DNA of 63,594 nucleotides, filler included, from Folioceros fuciformis (taxonomy: Eukaryota), in the NCBI GenBank assembly GCA_049999805.1. It is 11 parts of 11 records of this genome, joined end to end, with 100 filler letters (N's around TTAATTAATTAA, not from the genome) between each part and the next. Parts side by side here need not be neighbours in the genome. Positions count along the whole stretch, not along the records: positions 7,597 to 13,358 come from JBNGIO010002092.1; positions 13,459 to 15,659 come from JBNGIO010002093.1; positions 15,760 to 23,172 come from JBNGIO010002094.1; 8 more parts are not named here. One strand, 5' to 3'. Positions 9,833 to 21,661 of the stretch are shown piece after piece (positions within the stretch are counted from its first letter, which is position 1; the number at the start of each line of letters is the position of its first letter). The position numbers and the translations under genes are program-made. The notes beneath the pieces are model-generated. The model saw nothing but the letters and a program-made list of their open reading frames with translations. It made no database searches and was not told the origin of the DNA.

Positions 9833-12547
9833 TCAGGGTCGACCATCACAACTGCAACAACCAGCTGCGAATCGATGCACCCGGTACGCATCTCTGACAA
9901 CAATGTCTCTCCGTTCAAGCCTGGACATGATCTGCGTGGAACTGTGGCAGTCACTGCACATGCGCAGATTCTTTGTTACAACTAGAGGTGTCCCATCCGG
10001 GGTGTTCAACAGACCGAACGCCAGAGCTAGCTTCTCAGCATGCCCACAAAGCGAATCTTCCTTTTCTTTCTCAGACAGTGGCTTCAACACCAACTTTGTA
10101 TGAGGTAAGTGGCCTCCTTCCTGCTTCAGGCGTGCATTCGTGCTCTCAACCTTGACTGCAATATCCTCGCTCCTTTCTCCCACCACAAATCTATGCACCT
10201 CCTGGTTCACCTCAATGCTGGCCACTGCAGGTTTCTTGTGGGCCCCTGCGGCTCTTCTCTGTGTTTCGATCCTGTCTACGTCGGACCACCTACCTGCATC
10301 CGCATAAGCATTGGCCATGAGCACATAAGCGGGCCCTTCCTGGGGGTCCAGTCTAACTATTCTTTCAAAACACCACACCGCCCTCTCGATGTCCCCGTGA
10401 CTTTTGCAGGCATTCAACAAAGCCGTGAGTCCCACAACATTACTTTGGGCCTCGCATGACAAGAGCATCTTCTTTGCTTCATCTAAATGGCCTGCACGCC
10501 CAAGCAGATCAATCATGCAATTGTAATGCTCTGCAGTGGGCTTGATGCCATGCTGTTCAGACATGGCATGAAAGTGCTTGCGACCCTCCTGGACCAGTCC
10601 CTCATGGCTGCATGCCACTAAAAGGCAAGTGTACGTAGCAACCTCAGGCTGAACACCGGCAACCAACATCTCCTCAAAACAAGCTAGTGCTCTGTGACCA
10701 TCGTTACAAGCACCATACCCAGATATTAGGGCATTCCATGCCACCACATCCTTCGTATGCATGCTGTCAAAAACCTGGCGTGCTTCTTCCAGTTCACCAA
10801 GTTTTGCATACATATCCACTAGGCAGGTGCCCACCAGTACGTTATCCAGTTCCAGCAGTCCTCTTTCCACGATCTGGGAGTGGAGGTGCCTGCCCTTCTG
10901 TAAGGCCCCAGTGCTTGCGCAGACCTTCAGAAGGCAGGCGAAAGTAATGTGGTTAGCCAAAATCAGGCCCTCCTGCTCCATCTGTCCATACAAAACAAGG
11001 GCCTCTCGGCCATGACCTTGCTCCACATACCCAGCTATCAAAGCGGTCCATGTCACCACATCCTTTGTGTCCATACATTCGAAAACCTGGCGTGCATCTA
11101 CCAGTTCACCACACTTTGCATACATGTCCACCAGGCAGGTACTCAACACAACGTTGTCCAGTAGTCCTCTTTCCATAATCTGCGAGTGCAGCTGCTTGCC
11201 CTTCTGTAGGGCACCACTGCTTGCACATGCCTTCAGAAGGCAAGCAAAGGTTACATGGTTAGCAGAAATCAGTCCCTCCTGCTCCATTTGTTCATGAAGG
11301 AGAAGTGCCTCATGTCCAAGCCCTTTGTCGACATACCCAGCTATCAGGGCATTCCATGTCACCACATTCTTTGTGCTCATGCTGTCAAAAACCTGGCGTG
11401 CATGTTTCACTTCCCCACATTTTGCATACCCAGCAATCAGGGTATTCCATGTCACCACATTCTTTGTGGCCATGCTGTCAAAGACTTGACGTGCATCTCT
11501 CAGTTCACCACATTTTGCATACATGTCCACAAGGCAGGAGCCAACAAACAAGTCAGGAGGAATGCCACTGTGCAACACATCACAGTGCACTTTTCTGCCG
11601 GATTCCAAGTCCGCAGCCATCGCACAAGCTTGGAGGGCAGCTACGAAGACGTGAGCATCCGCCTTCACTCCTAACCTTCGCATCCCATGGTACAGTTGTA
11701 TGGCCTCGTTAGGCTTCCCCTGTTTTGCATGCGCAGAGATTATGGAAAACCACATGAAAACATTTGGTTTGCGCATCCTGGTGAACACATCCATGGCCTC
11801 CTCCAGACTACCGCCACATGCATACATGCGCAAGATATGGTTTCCCAAGTATGCATCCGACTCGTACCCTAGCTTGATAGCGAGATGGTGAACTCGTCGG
11901 CCCACAACCAAATCCTTCTTAACCGTACACAGTTTGAGCACAGTGTAAAACAGAGACTGAGAAATTGCAGAGTCTTTCTCCGCGAGAGCTTCCAGGTGTC
12001 CCGCGGCCTCACCAAGCTTCTCCTGCTGACATAACATGCTCACGGTTCCTTCCGTTACCACTTCCATTCCCGATCCTTCACGCCAACCAGGTCCAGGCTT
12101 ACACAGAAAGCTGGACTCGGAAGGAGAGGCACAATCACCCATCCTCATATGCAAGGAAGCAAGCTTGTCATCAACCCAAGCTGGCCTAAACTTGCTGTCT
12201 ACCCACAGCACCTCGCCGGACCCCTTACGCCGGAAGTCAGGCAAATGGGAGCTCTTCTTGTCTCGTCTATTGTCCCACCACACGGTAGGGTCCAGAAAGA
12301 ACTGTTTCCACAATCGCTCCTGCTCCTGCTGCTGCTCCTGGCGGCGACCATCGACCGCAACCCCGTCTTCACCCACAAATTTTCTCGTGAGCGCAAGTGC
12401 AGGCCTCCTAACACTCCTGCATCTGGAGGATTGATCTGCCAGGGCTTGACTCCCTAAGACGAGGTGAGCGGGAGCTCCTCGTTCAGTCCCCGTACACAGC
12501 CGCACTTGTTGAGTCCACAACAGCTCCGGTTGCGGTACTGTGACCAT
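9833..12547 (-). CDS. PLS-class PPR protein with E1/E2 and DYW:KP (GRP-ending) deaminase-like domain, plus N-terminal OSB-type PDF motif; candidate organellar U-to-C RNA editing factor
   Basis: 904-aa intronless ORF with about 16 P/L/S repeats. KKPAVASIEV box, HAEKLALAFG (HxE), NLRMCSDCH (CxxC), C-terminus CSCDGRP. WWDNR..K....PDF motif at aa 79-129. The true start may lie upstream (e.g. 12705) if spliced. Confidence 0.95.
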   Translation of the reverse strand: MVTVPQPELLWTQQVRLCTGTERGAPAHLVLGSQALADQSSRCRSVRRPALALTRKFVGEDGVAVDGRRQEQQQEQERLWKQFFLDPTVWWDNRRDKKSSHLPDFRRKGSGEVLWVDSKFRPAWVDDKLASLHMRMGDCASPSESSFLCKPGPGWREGSGMEVVTEGTVSMLCQQEKLGEAAGHLEALAEKDSAISQSLFYTVLKLCTVKKDLVVGRRVHHLAIKLGYESDAYLGNHILRMYACGGSLEEAMDVFTRMRKPNVFMWFSIISAHAKQGKPNEAIQLYHGMRRLGVKADAHVFVAALQACAMAADLESGRKVHCDVLHSGIPPDLFVGSCLVDMYAKCGELRDARQVFDSMATKNVVTWNTLIAGYAKCGEVKHARQVFDSMSTKNVVTWNALIAGYVDKGLGHEALLLHEQMEQEGLISANHVTFACLLKACASSGALQKGKQLHSQIMERGLLDNVVLSTCLVDMYAKCGELVDARQVFECMDTKDVVTWTALIAGYVEQGHGREALVLYGQMEQEGLILANHITFACLLKVCASTGALQKGRHLHSQIVERGLLELDNVLVGTCLVDMYAKLGELEEARQVFDSMHTKDVVAWNALISGYGACNDGHRALACFEEMLVAGVQPEVATYTCLLVACSHEGLVQEGRKHFHAMSEQHGIKPTAEHYNCMIDLLGRAGHLDEAKKMLLSCEAQSNVVGLTALLNACKSHGDIERAVWCFERIVRLDPQEGPAYVLMANAYADAGRWSDVDRIETQRRAAGAHKKPAVASIEVNQEVHRFVVGERSEDIAVKVESTNARLKQEGGHLPHTKLVLKPLSEKEKEDSLCGHAEKLALAFGLLNTPDGTPLVVTKNLRMCSDCHSSTQIMSRLERRDIVVRDAYRVHRFAAGCCSCDGRP

Positions 12548-13550
12548 CGTTCAGGGACCGCTGTCAGACAACAGAAAGTACGGCAGCGTGCCCAGGTGCT
12601 GTTGGGTGTGGTGGACAGACCATACGGGCTGCTTCCCATGAGCCCGAATCTCAGAGAGGGCTCAAATGCAAACAACACTGGAAACCTCAACCCAGGGAGC
12701 CTCATAAGCTGCTACAAAGCCCACAGCCCTTCAATGTCTTGCGGGCAGACTCACCCGCCCAGCCCGGGTTTCCATCAGGGTCCTTCCCTGACCTTCAGTC
12801 CTTCACCAGCCCTTTTCGTGGGCATGCTCCCTGCAGAGCTATGTCACTTCATCAGCAGGACAGCAGGCTTGAGACTTTCGGTTCCCTTGACTCTGGATAC
12901 AGCCCAGGATCCTGGTTCGATTTTTCTGCAAAAAAGTATTGACGTCAAAGCGATCATCAGTTTCCTCGGCGGGTTTTCTCGAAGCACAGTCGACCCTCTC
13001 TAATTGTGACCTCAGTAAATGCCCTCTGTAAATGTTAGAGGTTTGGGTACTCCCTAATTGGGGAGTAAGGTTAAATGTTATTTTTTTATAAATATTATAT
13101 ATTACTTGTTTTATAAAAATAAGTATTCTTAATCACTATAATTCAAATTTATAAATGTTATTTCAATTTTCATAATATAATATAATATATATGATACTTA
13201 ATATAGATAATATTGATATTATTGATAATAGTGAAATAAGAGGATTGACCCCTACTACGTTTGCACACAAGAATTTGTTGATACGAGGTGACAAATGTAA
13301 GTGCTATTTTTTCTACTTTGGATGCATATGATACTGCATATGATACATGGGCTTTTGTNNNNNNNNNNNNNNNNNNNNNNNNNNNNNNNNNNNNNNNNNN
13401 NNTTAATTAATTAANNNNNNNNNNNNNNNNNNNNNNNNNNNNNNNNNNNNNNNNNNNNCTTCAGTCGGCCGTCCGTCTGGGAGTAAAGAAGTAGGCGAAC
13501 GAGGAAGAAGATACGTCGAAACGTTCCGGGTTTCCGAATGCCGGCTTCCG

Positions 13551-15648
13551 TTACGACTGCATAGCACATGGGCGGCGAAAATGAGAGGGAATCGTGTTCC
13601 GGGACATCATCGGTCTACGGGATTTTCCTGCCACGCAAAGGAGCTTCTCTCTGCACACCTCTTCGGCTCCAGGTGGGACGGAGGGCACGTATTTGAGTAG
13701 CATAGAATACTCCTTCAACAGATGTAACATGTAATCGTAGACGTTGTCGAGACTGAGCTCCTGAAGCATGAAGCTCTGACCGCGCTTCCCAATGGCCTCC
13801 GCCTGACCAGAATGGCGTCAATTAGATCCTGGAATTGCTGAAATCGCTGCCGCAACAAAAGAATCGTTACAAGGACGTACAACAAGCCATGGCGACTCGG
13901 AGGCTCCGAATTCTACCTTGGAAGGGTTTGAATTCCCCCACTTCACCTGGGAGTCGATGGAGGAACAGAGCTGAGAAGGATCAGCAGGAAGGAAGTGCTT
14001 GTTGGGAATTAAGCTGCGGGTGAAGAATTCGTAATACTCTGACTCGATTGCCAGCACAGGCGCACCGCACGTCATGATGTACTTGTAGCTCACGGACCAG
14101 GCGTTCCCAGGAGCATAGATGTTGAATCTGCACTAGCGAACGGCCACATGTCACTTGCTGCTATGAAGGTTGCCTTCAGAATGAGGATGATCGAACGACT
14201 TGGACACCGCAAGGACAAACTGGTGATGTCACGGCACACGCACGGAATCGAATCGAATCTTGACCTGTGGTTGCAGTGTTTGGCTAAATCCGAAGTCGAA
14301 TAACCAGTTTTCGACTCTTTCAACCAATCCTGCACATACGCACCAACCCAATCCGCTAAGATGCAGGCAGCAATCCGGCGGTGAAGGAATCCGCAGACCC
14401 CGTCTCTTGGCGAGCGGCTCACCTGCACGTAAACGTGAGCCTTGGAGTCGGCGTTTACGGAAGCGTTGCAGAGCAGCAACTTCTGCCGGATTTCAGCCAC
14501 GTACGGGTTCCCTTTCCAGAAGGCGAAACGGGACAAATCCTCCCAGGCCACCTTACCGGCCTCGCCGGCGATGGCCGGGGCCTCATGTTCCCAAGGCGCG
14601 ATATTCGTCTCCGGCCTGCACCCACCCACACTTCGCCGGCTCACACATACCTCTCAGAGAAAGCAAAGAAGTTCAACCCAAGAGTAGCCATCGGGCCGGG
14701 AGGAGCGTGGGTCTAGACTGTGCTTGCCATCCCCAAAAGGACCAATCCGGAAACGGGATGTCCCAGTGCGCATTGGTGCTGCAGTAGCTGAATAAGGGCG
14801 GAGGCTGCCTCCCGTCCTGGAATCGCTCCTTCATCACTTGAGGAATGTCCGAGCAATGGAACATGAGATCCACATCCGGCACCTCCCCGGAATATCTCTC
14901 CAGCAGCAGCAACAGCGCCCACAGCGTGAACATGCCCCGCGTCTGGAAGCACATCTCGTAGTACTCAGCGTAAAGTCTTCCCCGAGATATCACCACCCGG
15001 AACGAGGCCATGCCGGAGGCGCCCAACAAATCCCGCTCGAAGATTCCACGATCCCTCCACGGCACTAGGTCCTCCTGAATCCACCGAAAGTATGAGGGGC
15101 AGGTCCTAGAGCCGGAGCCGGAGCCAGACCCAGAGCCGGAGCTGGAGTCGGAGCCCGCGCTCGAGCTAAAATTCCGGTGATCACGCGCTCCAGCCATGAC
15201 ATTCCGCGCACCGCAGAGGCTCCGGGTGTAGCATCCCACCAAATTCCCCACCGTCCCCCACACCAGCCTCCGGTGATCATGGTCGGGGAGGTTACGGTCC
15301 ACGTGCCACATCGCGTGCCGCAACCACGGCTCCTTGGCCTCCCAATTCAGCTCCCGCAACCTCCTGGCGGCCTGCAAAACCCGCTCCCGGACGCGTGATC
15401 CCGTCACCAAGATCGTCAGTCCCGCTTCGGAATCCCCCACGCATGTCACCAACACGAATGCATTTGAATTCCTCATCACCCGACTCCCTGCACCTGTGAC
15501 CCACTCCAATCCACCGTCTAAATCCATCACCTACCTGGGAGGCCACGACGACGAGGAACCCCACGCAGGCTAGCAGGAGCAGGCTCTTCCGGACGGAAAC
15601 ACTGAGGCAAACGTTAACGGGGGAACACCCGCTTCTTCGGATCCTCAT
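13551..15648 (-). CDS. Glycosyltransferase family 90 (CAP10/DUF821, protein O-glucosyltransferase-like), multi-exon
   Basis: CPSYFRWIQEDLVPW, FQTRGMFTLWALLLLL, VPDVDLMFHCSD, DIPFPDWSFWGW/PETNI, AFWKGNP, WSVSYKYIMTC, ELSLDNVYDYMLHLLKEYS; N-terminal TM segment. Confidence 0.92.
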
Positions 15649-15759
15649 GCTGCGATCTCNNNNNNNNNNNNNNNNNNNNNNNNNNNNNNNNNNNNNNNNN
15701 NNNTTAATTAATTAANNNNNNNNNNNNNNNNNNNNNNNNNNNNNNNNNNNNNNNNNNNN

Positions 15760-18700
15760 GATGCCCTCTCCTGGGCTCCTATTAACGTTGAGGAATGGTG
15801 AGGTACTGGAGCTAAGGGAAGAGGAGTCCCTTCCACTCCGCACTCGCGGATTCGGTTCAGACACCCACACTACCCCACGTGACCACCTCAAGGATAGATG
15901 GGGAGCTTCTCTCCCACTCGGCGAGGCTCCTCCTCCCGATTCGTCCTTGGACCTGATCACAGAGCGCCCACCACCTGCACCCGCACCCCTGGTTGCTATG
16001 TGCGCTCGCTTGCCTGGACCTCCTGTCCAGCAACGGCCATCGCTAGGTCCCTGCAAGTTTGACTGTTCGGCTGGTGCTTGCTGATTCCTTAGGCCCCCAA
16101 ACCGGCCTCTTGTACACGGTGATGGCAGTTTTTCTGCCATAAAGTCTGTCAGGCAGGGGAGCTGCGCTCTTAAATCCTGAGCGACTTAGGTTCAAATAAA
16201 GCACGCTAAAAAAATCCTATTCTAGCCTGCATTTACTATGGCCGTTTTCCACGCCGCTGGCGGCTTCCTCCTGGCCTTCGCGTGTCACCCCCCTTGCTGT
16301 TCCTCCTCTTGCTCTTATGCCCCTCCATTGGTCTGGCAGATCCTCCCAGAGGATCTCCACATCACTACTGCTACTGCTGGACCTCGCTGGCGGCGCAGGT
16401 GGGTCCCGCCGCTGTGGTCCACCACCCCTCCTTTTTCTCTAGTTGCTGAGGACAGCCACAGGCCCCCGTTCTACCCAACACTGGGCCTCCTCTTCCGTCC
16501 GTTCCTCCAAAATTGCCTCCGCATAGCAGTGGGGCAGTCCTGTCACCCACCATCTGTAGTGGTAGAGTCCAAGGCGCGTCCTCAGGTGTAGGACGTAGCC
16601 CCGCGTCCCTCCTGTGCCCATACGTACATACAGAAATAGCTTCAGAACTTTGGCCCCTTCTACATACAGGCCTGGCACATAGGAGGCCTCCTCCTCATAC
16701 TGCAGCACAATCCGACCTTCTGTCATAACAGAGGTGCTTACCCCGTCCTCCCTTGGGCTACCTCGGGTTGCCTGCTCCCCCTCTTGCTGGGGTACCTGAA
16801 GGTTCTCTGCCTGACCAGCTGTTGCCTCCTCCGGCTCTATCCTCCTGGAACAGGTCACCCTCCTAGAGAGCCTAGGGGCAGGCGCCCCTACTGCTTCCTC
16901 CTTCGTTTCCAGGGTTGGTTCTTCCGCTATCCTGGGCCTTGCTGGGCCACCGGTAGCCCCGTCGGCTACCCGACTACTGGTAGTCCCGTGGACTACCGGA
17001 CTACCGGTAGTCTCCTCAACTATCGTTCCCCTGGTTCGGCTACCGGTAGCCCCTTCTGCTACCGGGGGCACCAACTGACTCGGTCGCCCAGCCTTGCTCT
17101 TCCCCTTCACTCTCTCTCTTGCCTCATCCCGCTCCCTCTTGTATCTGTCAGCCAACTTCTGAGCCTGCTCCACAGTGGCTATCTCCATCTCCTGTGCCCT
17201 AGCCATTTCCTGTTGCATCTCCAGGTTAGTCTCGTGAGCCTCCCTCACCTGAGCTAGCAAAGTCCCCTGTTGCTCTTTCAGCGCCTGCACTTCAGCCCTC
17301 GCCTCGCGCGCCTCTTCCTCAGCTTAGGCCTTCTCCCTGTCCAGGACCCGCTGCTTCTCCTTCAGCAGTTGCCGCGCCATCCCCGACTCCGCCAGTTGCT
17401 TCCTTGCTTCAGCCTCTCGCTCACGAGCCTTCTGCTCCTTTCCCCAAGCCTCGGCCTCTCGCTCCGCTTGTACACTTAACCAGGTCAGGGCCCTAGCAGC
17501 CTGATCCAGGAGGTCTGCTTGGGCCTATACCATCGTAGCAGTCAGCCCGGGTAGGTCCACCTCCTGCACCCCTCCGGTGCCCATTCCTCTCGCTGTGATT
17601 TGTCTGCCCAGGAATTCTTGCAACTTGACCAAATCCCCCACCTGCAACCTGTCTCTCTGAGGCCTGCACCTGAAAATGTCCTTCCACCTTGAGGAACCCT
17701 CCTGTGCTGAAGCGTGCCCTAACTTATCCTCCTGTCTGGAGGAAACTGTGTCGGCTACCATCATCTGATCTGGTGGCTCCTCGGGTCTTGTCCCACCCTG
17801 ACCTTGCTCCTCCAAACTTCGGTTCTTGATTCCGTGGACAGTTGGTTCTTGATTCCGTGGACAGTTGGTTCTCGTTTTGCCTCCTGCTGACCTGTCTGCT
17901 CCAGGGCTGTCCCCCCTTCCTCCTGATTAGCCCCCATGCTCACACTTTGTCCTCTGATCCTTTTCCTCCTGGTAGGAGCCTTCTTTTGTGGGGCCACCCT
18001 CTTCCTGGGCTTGACTGGGGTTTCCTCCTGCGAGCTACTGTCAGCTTCCCAACTGCTGGAGGCAGCCCTTGCTGGCTCAGTGGGCTTCCACTTCACATCA
18101 CGAACTGGCTTCCACAGGTGCAACAAGGCCAACCTTTCTAGCTCAGTGACCAGGTTAGCGTGATTGTACACGTGGATTAGAAACGGGGAAATCATAGAAG
18201 GTTCAGGGGTGGGTCGGATCAGGTTCTGCCTCTCCTCATCCATCCGGGTGTATAAAATCCTTCCCTAGTCGATCCTGGTGCCCTTCACTACTTCATGCAC
18301 AAACAGGAGCATTTGATCGGACAGATAATCCTGTTTGCGTACCTGGAAGAAGCTCAGGAACCACTTGGCCAATCCCAACAGCTGGGGACTTGCCATGTCG
18401 CGCACCAGCCACTCGTTCGCTTCCTTTCTCGTGCTTGCCTTGAGCAGTGTTTCCGCCGCTCCCGTTCCGCCACGCCTTTTCAGGGACTCCAGCACCAGTC
18501 CCCCTTCCTCCTGTTGGTCGCGCCCATAGACCCTCCTGATCAGCTCCAGGTTCCATTCCTAGGGTCTGCCTCTGATCCCCTCCTCGCGTACAGGCTCTAT
18601 CAGCCTCAGGGCGCACTCCCTGACCAACTGGGGTGCTGCATGGTTCCACTTTTGGGTCATAAAAGTCAGACCCAGCTCTGCCACCAATTTTCCTGCCTTG

Positions 18701-19338
18701 ACCCTCCAGTGCTCCATATTGGGCCACAGAAGTAGGTCGATTTGGGGAACAGGAGGTCCCCCCTCCTGTCTAGAGGCTGCTGCTCCAGGAATCAGTTCAG
18801 GCCGCGACCTCATCCTGCCTGTCTCCCTCCCCTCACGCTCGGGCTCGGAACTCTTCTGTCCTGGTCGCGCTTTGGCTCTTCCTCTGTTCGCCCAGCTCTC
18901 TCCACCGCTCACGCCTTGGAGGTCTTCCACTCCCCTGTGCCTGCTGGTAGGGATGACCCGGTGAAAATCCTAGAGAGCGGGAACTAAGAGAGAGAGAGAG
19001 AATGGGACCCACGAGCGGTAGACCGTTAGGCGACCGTCGCCCGAAAGGCGACAGAGGTAGCCCGGTGGGCAACCAAGGGTAGTCCAGGGGAAGGTAGCCC
19101 TTGGGGCGACCAGGTGGTTGAGGGGTTGTTCGGTGGGGAAGTAAGGGGGCTTGGAAAGGTCCGAGCACTGGACGTGTGTGCGTGGGTCAGTCGAGCTTTA
19201 AGTGCTAATTGACTTTAGAAGCTAACCTGTGTAGTTTAACACAAATCATTCCCTTGGGATCGAATCCCAGAGCTACAACGACATAAAGGGCTTGTGTGGA
19301 CCTCGCGGTACCCCTGGGTACCATATTTTAACCCCACA
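15760..19338 (-). mobile_element. Repetitive element (probable Ty3/gypsy-type LTR retroelement 5' part with accessory ORF), inserted in the Copia
   Basis: Begins TGTGGGG at 19338, where the Copia integrase frame turns into nonsense. A long degenerate ORF (about 18930-16439) has stops, a 23-bp duplication frameshift and a coiled-coil C-half. A second ORF starts at 16140. A close copy lies at 56741-58060. No RT or integrase is visible, so the class is inferred. Confidence 0.65.
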
Positions 19339-21661
19339 CCTACGAAGCACTGGCGCCTCGACCGGAGCTTGTTGCACTCTCTCCTCTTGTACAAGTGGAG
19401 GAACTTGTTCCTGCACATCACGACGTTCAACCTGCGCTTGACGGTCAAGTCCATCTTCTTGGAAGACCACCCGTCGCACGTCCACAATTGGAGTAGGCTT
19501 CTTGTGCATCTTGGTCTCATTGAAGAACACGTCATTGTTGCGAACCATCCTCTTGGCCTCTAGATCCCACAGACGGTATCCCATCTCACCAAATTCACCA
19601 TAGCCAAGAAAAATACATTTCTTGGACTTGGGTGCCAACTTGTCCCGAAACTCCTTAGGAACATGGTAGTATGCCTCGCAGCCAAACACTCGGAGATGCT
19701 TGTATGACGGCTTCTTTCCAAAACACATCTCCTCTGGAACCTGTTCATCCACAGCCCTATTAGGAGATCTGTTAATAAGATGCACCGAAGTAACCACTGC
19801 TTCTGCCCAAAATCCGTTAGGCAATCCAGAGTTTGATAATAAACTACGCATCCTCTCCTGGATGGTCCTGTTCATCCGTTCAGCCACACCATTCTGGGGA
19901 GGAGTATACGGCGCAGTCAATTCTCTCTTGATTCCCTTGGAATCACAGAATGACTGGAAAGCCTTCGAGACATACTCTCCCCCATTGTCGATCCTCAGAC
20001 ACTTCAGCCGGAGGCCCAGACTGATTCTTCACAAGGGTGACAAATTTCTGAAACACTGTCAGAACATCATTCTTTTTCCTCAAAGGATAAACCCACACCT
20101 TGCATGAGAAGTCATCAATAAAAGTGACAAAATAGGATGCACCGCCTAACGATACAGTGGGCATAGGTCCACAAACGTCACTGTGAACCAATTCAAGAGG
20201 TTTACTTTTGTGTTTACCTCTTGCTCCGTGTGGTGACTTCGTCTGTTTCCCAGACAAACAATGCTTACACACGGAGAAATCGGAGAAGTCAAAAGCAGGG
20301 ACATAATCAAAACGAAATAGTATCTTCATTCCATTTTGAGACATATGTCCTAACCGACTATGCCACAAGGAAACACTTGGCTGTTCCGTTACCCAAATCA
20401 CATGATCCTGGACAGTGGTTACCTGAAGTGAGTACAAAGTGCCACACTTCGATCCACAAGCTAACACAAGAGAACCTTTGGAGATCTTTCAAGAACGATC
20501 TCCAAACCAATAGTGGTAGCTAGTGTCATCCAACTGCCCTGCGCTAATCATGCTTTTGGTCAACTTGGGAACATGCCTAACATCCTTTAGTACGAATGAA
20601 GATCCATTGTCGAACTTTAGCTGCACATCACCAACGCCTGCAATCTCGCATGCGTAGTTATTTCCAAGCCGTACACATCCTTTCCTAGTAGCATCATACA
20701 TGCTAAACCACTCCCTATGCTGAGTAACATGGAAAGATGCTCCAGAGTCAATTATCCAATTACAGAATAAGTGACTCTCCACGAGTGTCAGTTGTGCAGA
20801 ATCGAAGGAGGAAGAGATAAGAACATCTCCATTGTCAACAGAATTCACCTCGTTAGGCTTGGTACTCGGACTTGCCTTGTTGTCGCTTTGCTTCTTCTCC
20901 TTTCCTTTGTCCTTCTTGAACTTCTCGCAGTCCTTCCTAATGTGACCCTTCTTGTGACAATGGTAACATTCAACATTGTTACGACTACGACATTTACTAT
21001 GGGAAGAACTTCACTCCTTGTACTTCCACTTTGAAGTGGACCTTCCTCTCACCATGAGGGCATTGGAACCTTTCGAAGGTTCCACACTCTTCATGTTCAC
21101 CTCCTCTGTTAACAGGCTACCCTTTACATTTACAACGGTAAGACCACTGGCAGGAGCGAAAATACTTAGAGCTGTACGAAAGGTGTCCCAGCTCTCTGGT
21201 AATGTGACCAACAGAAACATAGCTCTCACGGAATCTGGAAACGAGATACCTTGAGATGAGAGCTGGCTGAAAATGGTATTGAACTCGTTCAGATGATCGG
21301 ACATCCTCATCCCTTCCTTCATCTTCAAGTCCACCAACTGTTTCAACCAATACACCTGAGAAGCAACACTTTGCTTCTCGTACAAGTCACACAACTTCTG
21401 CCATAGCTCGTAGCTTATGTTCTTGTCTTTCACGTTGAAGTAGACCGACTTCGACAATGTTAGCATGATGGTAGACCTAGCAAGCTCATCTAGATCCTGC
21501 CACTCATCCTGAGTTATAATAACAGGTTTCACTCCTAGCAACTTTATCGGCTTGATTTGCTTCTTTTGCACTAGAACATTATACACTTGTTCTTTCCAGA
21601 ACGGGAAGTTAGTACCATCTAACTTCTCGATATTGAACATGACATTTTCTGAGGACGCCAT
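19339..21661 (-). mobile_element. Ty1/Copia (Tnt1-like) gag-pol remnant, frameshifted, truncated after integrase
   Basis: Gag IEKLDGTNFPFWKEQ; zinc knuckle CYHCHKKGHIRKDC (~20925-20970); protease WIIDSGASFHVT; LWHSRLGHMS..CKHC; integrase LELVHSDVCGP, FVTFIDD, PYTPPQNGVAERMNRT, LRVFGCEAY, KCIFLGY. Confidence 0.95.
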
